Virus record (IMG/VR): IMGVR_UViG_2519899649_000001
Coordinates: 24,117 to 88,116 of that record
DNA from: a virus
Lineage: Duplodnaviria; Caudoviricetes
Strand: one strand, 5' to 3'
Length of the DNA: 64,000 nucleotides
Shown: positions 58,942 through 64,000 of the stretch, piece after piece
Layout: each line of letters starts with the position of its first letter
How positions within the stretch are numbered: position 1 is the stretch's first letter
Notes under the pieces: model-generated
Seen by the model: only the letters and a program-made list of their open reading frames with translations
Database searches by the model: none
Told to the model about the DNA's origin: nothing
Position numbers and translations under genes: made by a program

Positions 58942-58942
58942 C

Positions 58943-59772
58943 GTGGTGGCAGGTCGCAGGGTGTCGGTGGTGGCGGACTGGTGCGCCGCCGACGCGACGG
59001 AAGAACAAGCCGCGCAGATCCGTGAGCGCTTGGTCGTCGCGCTGGAGCAGACCGGCCTGCCTTTGAAGATCACTACGTACATCGAGGAGAACCCGCCTGT
59101 CGACGAGGTGGATGGGTGACCGGCGACCCGATTGCGGAGCTGAACCGCGAGGAGTGGAAGGACGTTCCGTACTCGCTGGAGCTGCGGGGTGGCCATAAGG
59201 ATGGGGAGCGGATCGAGTGGCATGAGCTGCCAACGGTGTTTCGCGTCCCGATGTCGACCGAACGTCCCGAGGTATCCCGTTTTCCTTTGTGGATGCTTCC
59301 GCCACTCGACCCAACCCGGCCGCACGCGTACCTGCCGGACATTCAGGTCGCCGACTACCGCCGTACCTATCAGGTCACCGACGACGGCGCCCACGTATAT
59401 GAGCTGTGGGACTGATCGCGGCTGTTCGCTGTTGGTGCGTCTTGTTCGTAAGTGTTCGTTTCGCGGACCTGGGAGGGCCAGGTTCGTAGCGTCCCGGGCA
59501 TGAAGGTGAAACCGATACCAGGTACGCCGTTCGGGATCGTTCTGGGTGCGGGGCGAGCGTGGCTGATGTGTGCCGTGTGTGGGGGGGACCAGCAGGCGGT
59601 TCTCGCTGGCGCAGGCCGACAGGAGCAGGCGGTTGCCTGTGTCGTGGGGTTGGTTGCGGTACCACCGGTTCACGCGGAAGCATCACGCGTGTGCGGTGGC
59701 GACACGGCAGTTGGATTAGCCGCCCAGATGGAGCGAATGGTGGAGGAGCACGGTGACCTGTCCGAGGTGTGA
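58943..59772 (+). other. Short hypothetical ORFs 58943-59119, 59116-59415 and about 59500-59772
   Basis: GTGA coupling; modest codon bias. Confidence 0.45.
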
Positions 59773-59922
59773 AGGCGAGCTGGGGGAGCACCCGGCCCGG
59801 TCGCGGATGAGCGTGGAGCGTGAGGAGCGGATCTGCGCGGACTGCGGATTGGACGAGGCCGTGCGGGAGAGTTCGGAGCTGGCGCCGATCCCGCCGAACG
59901 AGTGGCCGGTGCGGCGTTCTGC

Positions 59923-59951
59923 TTGAAACTGTCAGACCCCGGGGATAGCGT
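59923..59951 (+). promoter_or_regulatory. Sigma-A/HrdB-type promoter for the CRISPR mini-array
   Basis: TTGAAA (59923-28), 17 bp, TAGCGT (59946-51); ends 17 nt before repeat 1. Confidence 0.7.
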
Positions 59952-59968
59952 CGGAGACGTGAGGTTGA

Positions 59969-60058
59969 GTGTTCCCCGCGCATGCGGGGATGATCCTCAG
60001 GCTGTGTAAGGCTTACCGGTCTTACCGATGTGCTCCCCGCGTATGCGGGGATGCAACG
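59969..60058 (+). CRISPR. Type I-E CRISPR mini-array (repeat-spacer-repeat), no cas genes in the window
   Basis: R1 GTGTTCCCCGCGCATGCGGGGATGATCCT (29 nt); spacer CAGGCTGTGTAAGGCTTACCGGTCTTACCGAT (32 nt); R2 GTGCTCCCCGCGTATGCGGGGATGCAACG; period 61. Confidence 0.9.
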
Positions 60059-60230
60059 ACCCGGCCGCCAGCCGGGGACGTCTTCATTGAGGAGTGAGCC
60101 GTCAAGGCACACAAAGCAAGACCTCGCAAACGCCTTTGGGCGTCTTCGCTTCATCGAGGTGCGAGCTATCACTGGATAGCGTGGCTGATCCTCAACTGTC
60201 GCGGGGGCTTCGGTTCCCGCCCTTCATCGC
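60059..60230 (+). ncRNA. Candidate structured RNA co-transcribed with the mini-array
   Basis: Nested stems TTGAGGA/TCCTCAA, AGCC/GGCT, ACCTCG/CGAGGT, ACGCC/GGCGT, GCTATC/GATAGC, plus a C-UUCG-G hairpin. Confidence 0.55.
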
Positions 60231-60263
60231 AAGAGCCCCGCTTCGGCGGGGCTTTTTGCTTTT
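60231..60263 (+). terminator. Intrinsic terminator
   Basis: AGCCCCGC-TTCG-GCGGGGCT-TTTTGCTTTT. Confidence 0.9.
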
Positions 60264-60340
60264 GGCTCGATCGGTATTGGCTCGGCGCTTTTGGCCTCGT
60301 GCGGCCCCACTTCCCTCTTGGCCGGCGGTAGCGTGGTGGA

Positions 60341-60784
60341 GTGGATGACGAGCTGCTGCACGAGTTGGTCACGGGCCTGATGCGCGAGGTCCGCAGCGAG
60401 GCGGTCGGCAGACACGAGGTGGACGAACGTGTCCTGGTGGCTTGGGCGACCGAGCGTCCGGTCGTTTTCTGTGGGGAGCCACTGGTCGCTTCGGCGCGGT
60501 CTGTGCTGTCGCTGGTGAACGACTCGGGCATCCCGTTTCGCGAGCAGCAGCTGGACGAGACCCTGCTGAAGGGGTCCGATCCCGATGCCGTGCTGCTGGC
60601 GGGCACCGCGCTTACGAGCAAGGGCAGGCGCCTGGTGGTGGAGGCGTTCATCCCCGAGGGCAACAGCTTGTGGATGGCGTGGATTGAAGGCGACCCGATC
60701 GAGTGGGTGGGGGAATTCCGTCAGGCCCGGCTGCCTGCGATACCGAAGTGGATCGGGCGTCTGTTGGGCGTGCTGGAGCGGTAG
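60341..60784 (+). CDS. Hypothetical protein (probably leaderless)
   Basis: TAGCGT lies 6 nt upstream of the GTG. Confidence 0.55.
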   Translation: MDDELLHELVTGLMREVRSEAVGRHEVDERVLVAWATERPVVFCGEPLVASARSVLSLVNDSGIPFREQQLDETLLKGSDPDAVLLAGTALTSKGRRLVVEAFIPEGNSLWMAWIEGDPIEWVGEFRQARLPAIPKWIGRLLGVLER

Positions 60785-60925
60785 GTTCGATCTCGTTCTC
60801 CCCGGCATGGTGCGGGAGGACGGGCCGCGTGGTGGCTTTTCATCAGGCTGGTTGGGATGCTGCTGCGCGGCCACCGAGCAACTCTTTCTACAGTTCGGGC
60901 CTGTCACTCGATCACCGTGGCTCGC

Positions 60926-61288
60926 ATGGAATGCACACTGACTGACCTTCGTCAGCGGGGCCGCGAGATCGTGTCGTCGCTGCCCTACACCGGGCCCATC
61001 ACCGTCACCTCCCACGGCAAGCCGATCGCCCAGCTGGTTGCGCACGAGGCGACCGACCACCTGTGCCCGGAGTGCCACTGCATCAAGGGACACAAGATGG
61101 ACTGCTCGCGTTCGCGAATGCCTGCCCGACCCGAGCCGGACGAGCCGATCGGACAGCCGGTTCCCGGGCAGTTGTCGATCGACGACATTGAGACCGCAGG
61201 CGTGGTGTATGTCAAGGACGACTCCGACGCCACTGACCGGATGCGTGCGCAGATTGCTAGGCAGTGGATGCGCGGGCTGGAGATCTAG
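60926..61288 (+). CDS. Phd/YefM antitoxin-like domain with a CxxC-containing extension
   Basis: TLTDLRQRGREIV...PITVTSHGKPIAQLV; CPECHC. Confidence 0.65.
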   Translation: MECTLTDLRQRGREIVSSLPYTGPITVTSHGKPIAQLVAHEATDHLCPECHCIKGHKMDCSRSRMPARPEPDEPIGQPVPGQLSIDDIETAGVVYVKDDSDATDRMRAQIARQWMRGLEI

Positions 61289-61314
61289 GGGTTGAGCGAC
61301 AGGGTTTGGGCTGG

Positions 61315-61614
61315 TCAGCCGCGGCAGGTGAACTTACGGCACCGGCGGCAGTAGCCGTTGCGGACGTCGACGATCCGCTCGGAGAAGAAGCCGCATGCGG
61401 GGCACTTGATGGCTGGGGGCTGGTCTATGACCTCGCCGTCGCCGTAGGTGACTCGCGCCCGCATCACGCGCGGCCAGGCGGGCGGGATCTTGAGCGCGCC
61501 GGGCTCTGGCAGGGTCTCTTCGCGCCAGAGTTCGTCCGTGTCGTAGTCGATCAGTTCGATCTTGATGGGGAACTGCTCGGGGCGAAGGTCGAGGAAGGCG
61601 GTTGGTGAGGCCAC
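61315..61614 (-). CDS. Hypothetical protein with a C-terminal Zn ribbon
   Basis: CPAC...CRRC. Confidence 0.5.
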   Translation of the reverse strand: MASPTAFLDLRPEQFPIKIELIDYDTDELWREETLPEPGALKIPPAWPRVMRARVTYGDGEVIDQPPAIKCPACGFFSERIVDVRNGYCRRCRKFTCRG

Positions 61615-61697
61615 CGCACCACGTTAACGCTGCGGCTTGGCAGCTGGTAGTAACTCGCACATGGGGAACTGCCCGACGTCCTACAAGGCTGGCGGGC

Positions 61698-61928
61698 ATG
61701 ATCACCGAGAACGAGGCGACCGGCCGACCGGTCGAGCTGGACGAGAACACCCGGCGTGAGATCCACAAGCTGTGGAGCGTGCTGGAGCTGATCGAACGGC
61801 ACCTGTGGCACAAAGCCAACAGCAACGCGATCTTGCACTGCGCGTCTGACGTGCTGTACCCGCCGCTGTATACGCGTGTGCAGCACGCCCTGGCCACAGC
61901 CAAGCGGCTGATGGGGGACCAGCGGTGA
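61698..61928 (+). CDS. Hypothetical protein
   Basis: GTGA-coupled to the next gene. Confidence 0.5.
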   Translation: MITENEATGRPVELDENTRREIHKLWSVLELIERHLWHKANSNAILHCASDVLYPPLYTRVQHALATAKRLMGDQR

Positions 61929-62371
61929 CGGCCGCCGACGACGCCAAGGAAGGCTGCCTGCTCGCCGGGTTGGCCGCGGTGGCGCTGGTGGGTCTGCTGG
62001 TCCTGGGCGCGGGCGGCTGGGCCGGGCTGAAGGCGTTCAACCGGTACCAGGCGCGCGAGGAAGCCCACAACGCCGCGACGATCGCCCGGGTGCAAGCCGA
62101 GAACGAGCAGCACGTCAACAAGCTGCGGATCGCCGCCCAGGAGCAGAAGGTCCAGATCGCCAAGCAGGATGCCCAGATCCGCTTCGAGCAGGCCAAGGGC
62201 GTCCGGGCCGCTCAGGACGAGATCTCCCGCACGCTCACTCCGCTGTACGTCCAGATGGAGATGATCAACGCGCTGGAGGAGATCGCCAAGTCCGGCAAGA
62301 ACAACACCGTGGTCTACCTGCCCTCGCAGAACGGGCTGCCGCTGACTGCACAGGCGGGAGCGGGCAAGTGA
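61925..62371 (+). CDS. Membrane-anchored coiled-coil protein (band-7 C-terminus-like)
   Basis: One TM segment, then A..IR..QAKG...AQ..I...LTP.Y...NNTVVYLP. Confidence 0.55.
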   Translation: MTAADDAKEGCLLAGLAAVALVGLLVLGAGGWAGLKAFNRYQAREEAHNAATIARVQAENEQHVNKLRIAAQEQKVQIAKQDAQIRFEQAKGVRAAQDEISRTLTPLYVQMEMINALEEIAKSGKNNTVVYLPSQNGLPLTAQAGAGK

Positions 62372-63237
62372 GCCAGGTGACGAACGTGATGCTGTCGATC
62401 AGCATCCTGGAGGACCGCGAGCTGGTCGACGTGCTGAACGCGCGGGCCAAGGAACTCCACGAGGCCAAGTTGCTTTACCAGTACGGGCTGCACTCGCTGA
62501 CCGAAGGTGTGCTCGGGGGCTTGTGGGGTGGCACCAAGGTCCCCGCATGCACGCTGTTCGGCGGCGCGTTCAACTACCTGAAGCTTGAGGAGTACCTGAA
62601 GCTGATCGCGCAGATCGAGTGGATATTTCCGCGCAGCGTCCAGGTCTTCTACATGGACGAGGGCGACGATGGGTGGCACGTGTACTGGCCGCACCAGGGA
62701 GCCCGCTCCGGGGGGCGATCAAGGTGACCCGCAAGCACTTCGCGGCGGTCGCCGACGTGATCGCCGGCATTGAGGACGAACAGATCCGCCGCCAGGTGGC
62801 GCGCGAGATGGCCTATGCCGTCGGCCGGTTCAACAGCCTTTTCAACCGGTCGCGGTTCCTGGAGGCGTGCAATGCCGCCGAGTAAGCACGCCGCGCGCAT
62901 CGCCGAGCTGGAGGCCGCGCTGGACAGCGTGTACACCGAAAGGGCCCGCCTGGTGGCGTTCTTGGCTGCCTCGTACGATTCGGTGATCATCAACCGTGAT
63001 GACGCCTGGCCGCTGGTCTACGTCAAGAGCCCGTTCGGCCAGTTGAGTTGGCACCTGAGCGAGGACGACGTCGAGTTGTTCGAGCACGTGCCTGACGGGG
63101 GCGCCGACTGGGACGGGCACGGTACCGCTGAGAAGTACGAGCGGCTTCGCGCGTTGACCAACCTCACCGCGGCCCGGCGGCGGCTGGCCTCCGCGCGTTC
63201 TAGCCGTTCGCGTCGGAGACCAGTGCGATCTGTCTGA
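62368..63237 (+). other. Three coupled hypothetical ORFs: 62368-62727, 62724-62885, 62872-63237 (the last with a WDGH motif)
   Basis: Overlapping start/stop codons; GQLSWH...WDGH conserved phage motif. Confidence 0.6.
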
Positions 63238-63288
63238 GCTGTGTCCGCACCAGCGTGTCCCGCTGGTGCGGACAAGAAAGGAATCACC

Positions 63289-63636
63289 ATGGCGATCGGC
63301 CTAGACTTCGACGGCCCCGTGCACCGGTATAGCCGTGGTTGGGATGACGGCACGATCTACGACCCGCCTGCCGAGGGCGCCGTCGAAGGCGTCCATGAGC
63401 TGATGAAGCGCGACGCGGTGTTCATCTTCACCGCTCGGACCAGCCTCTTGCTGGTCGGCGCGTGGCTGATCCAGCACGGCATCCCGGCCCTCCTCGACAA
63501 CGGGCGTCATCAGTTCTGGAATCGCCGCGAGTTGGTGCTGGTCACCAACCGCAAGCTCCCGGCCCGTGTATACATCGATGACCGTGCCTACCGGTTCACC
63601 AGTTGGGCGCAGGCGTTCGAGGAGCTAGCGTTCTAG
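63289..63636 (+). CDS. HAD-family phosphatase/nucleotidase-like protein
   Basis: IGLDFDG, FIFTAR, KLPARVYIDDRA; AGAAAGGA RBS. Confidence 0.8.
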   Translation: MAIGLDFDGPVHRYSRGWDDGTIYDPPAEGAVEGVHELMKRDAVFIFTARTSLLLVGAWLIQHGIPALLDNGRHQFWNRRELVLVTNRKLPARVYIDDRAYRFTSWAQAFEELAF

Positions 63637-63697
63637 TTTGCTCAGCCCAGCAGCAAGGTCCGCCGGGTCCAGCTCAGCACTGGGCTCGGTGAATGTT

Positions 63698-64000
63698 TCA
63701 GCGTTCGGGGCTCATCGGTCGCTCTGTGACATACCGCAATCGCTTCTCGAAGAGTTTCTTTGCTGCCGACACGTCGCCGTTGGCCACACCCACCATCGCC
63801 ACTGCGGCGGTGAGAATGACGTCCGCCAACTCGTTCAGGACGTCTTCCTGGGAGTGGCATATGCCTTTGCGGGGGTTCAGGCCGCGTTCGCCGAAGTGCG
63901 CTTCGATTGCCTCGCCATATTCCTCACCGATCTTGAGGATCATGACCTGGGGGTCCAGATGGTCCAAGCGCCCGTGAAGGAAGCCGACATCGTTCCACAT
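63698..64000 (-). CDS. MazG-like nucleotide pyrophosphohydrolase (start may lie beyond the window)
   Basis: LKIGEEYGEAIEA...ELADV. Confidence 0.8.
   Translation of the reverse strand: MWNDVGFLHGRLDHLDPQVMILKIGEEYGEAIEAHFGERGLNPRKGICHSQEDVLNELADVILTAAVAMVGVANGDVSAAKKLFEKRLRYVTERPMSPER

Noticed and set aside
59998-60029. Similarity of the CRISPR spacer (CCGGTCTT, CTTACC) to repeat 1 of the 55.4-kb array
   Set aside because: Only 6-8 nt match, in different order, in the PAM-distal half; the 5' seed CAGGCTGT does not match. Probably coincidental.
59375-60348. ORFs 59375-60172 (-) and 60094-60348 (+)
   Set aside because: They run through the CRISPR repeats (DHPRMRGEH artefact) and the terminator, and have no proper RBS spacing.
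1-64000. tRNA, tmRNA, rRNA, integrase, transposase, reverse transcriptase/DGR
   Set aside because: No cloverleaf or T-loop signature or protein motifs recognised by eye; tRNAscan-SE/Aragorn would be needed to exclude tRNAs fully.

Overview
This window is about 64 kb of a large, GC-rich actinomycete myovirus or prophage (contractile-tail baseplate). No integrase, capsid, terminase large subunit, rRNA or tRNA was recognised. Left to right: (1) 1-9.0 kb, baseplate and tail-fibre genes. (2) 9.1-27.5 kb, a replication/recombination block: HTH initiator, DnaC-like loader, primase-helicase, gp32-like SSB, family A polymerase, class II RNR, RecA, PAPS-reductase-like, two junction resolvases, WhiB, Cas4-like exonuclease and SpoVS-like. 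(3) 27.6-36.4 kb, small probable virion genes, NlpC/P60, a Pol-beta nucleotidyltransferase with a HAD-like partner, and a TGT-fold protein lacking its catalytic aspartates. (4) 36.4-54.7 kb, a leftward block of about 40 short early-type genes, including a C5 methyltransferase, a DUF3560-like protein, a lipoprotein and a two-domain beta-clamp homologue. (5) 54.7-56.9 kb, a repeat-rich non-coding divergent region. (6) 56.9-64 kb, mixed-orientation accessory cassettes (GIY-YIG, DivIVA, Phd-like, HAD, MazG). The strongest finding is a self-contained RNA unit at 59.9-60.3 kb: a sigma-A-type promoter, a one-spacer type I-E CRISPR mini-array with no cas genes in the window, a roughly 200-nt highly structured RNA, and an intrinsic terminator. 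All protein calls come from motif recognition by eye; no database searches or folding programs were run, and start codons are my best estimates.
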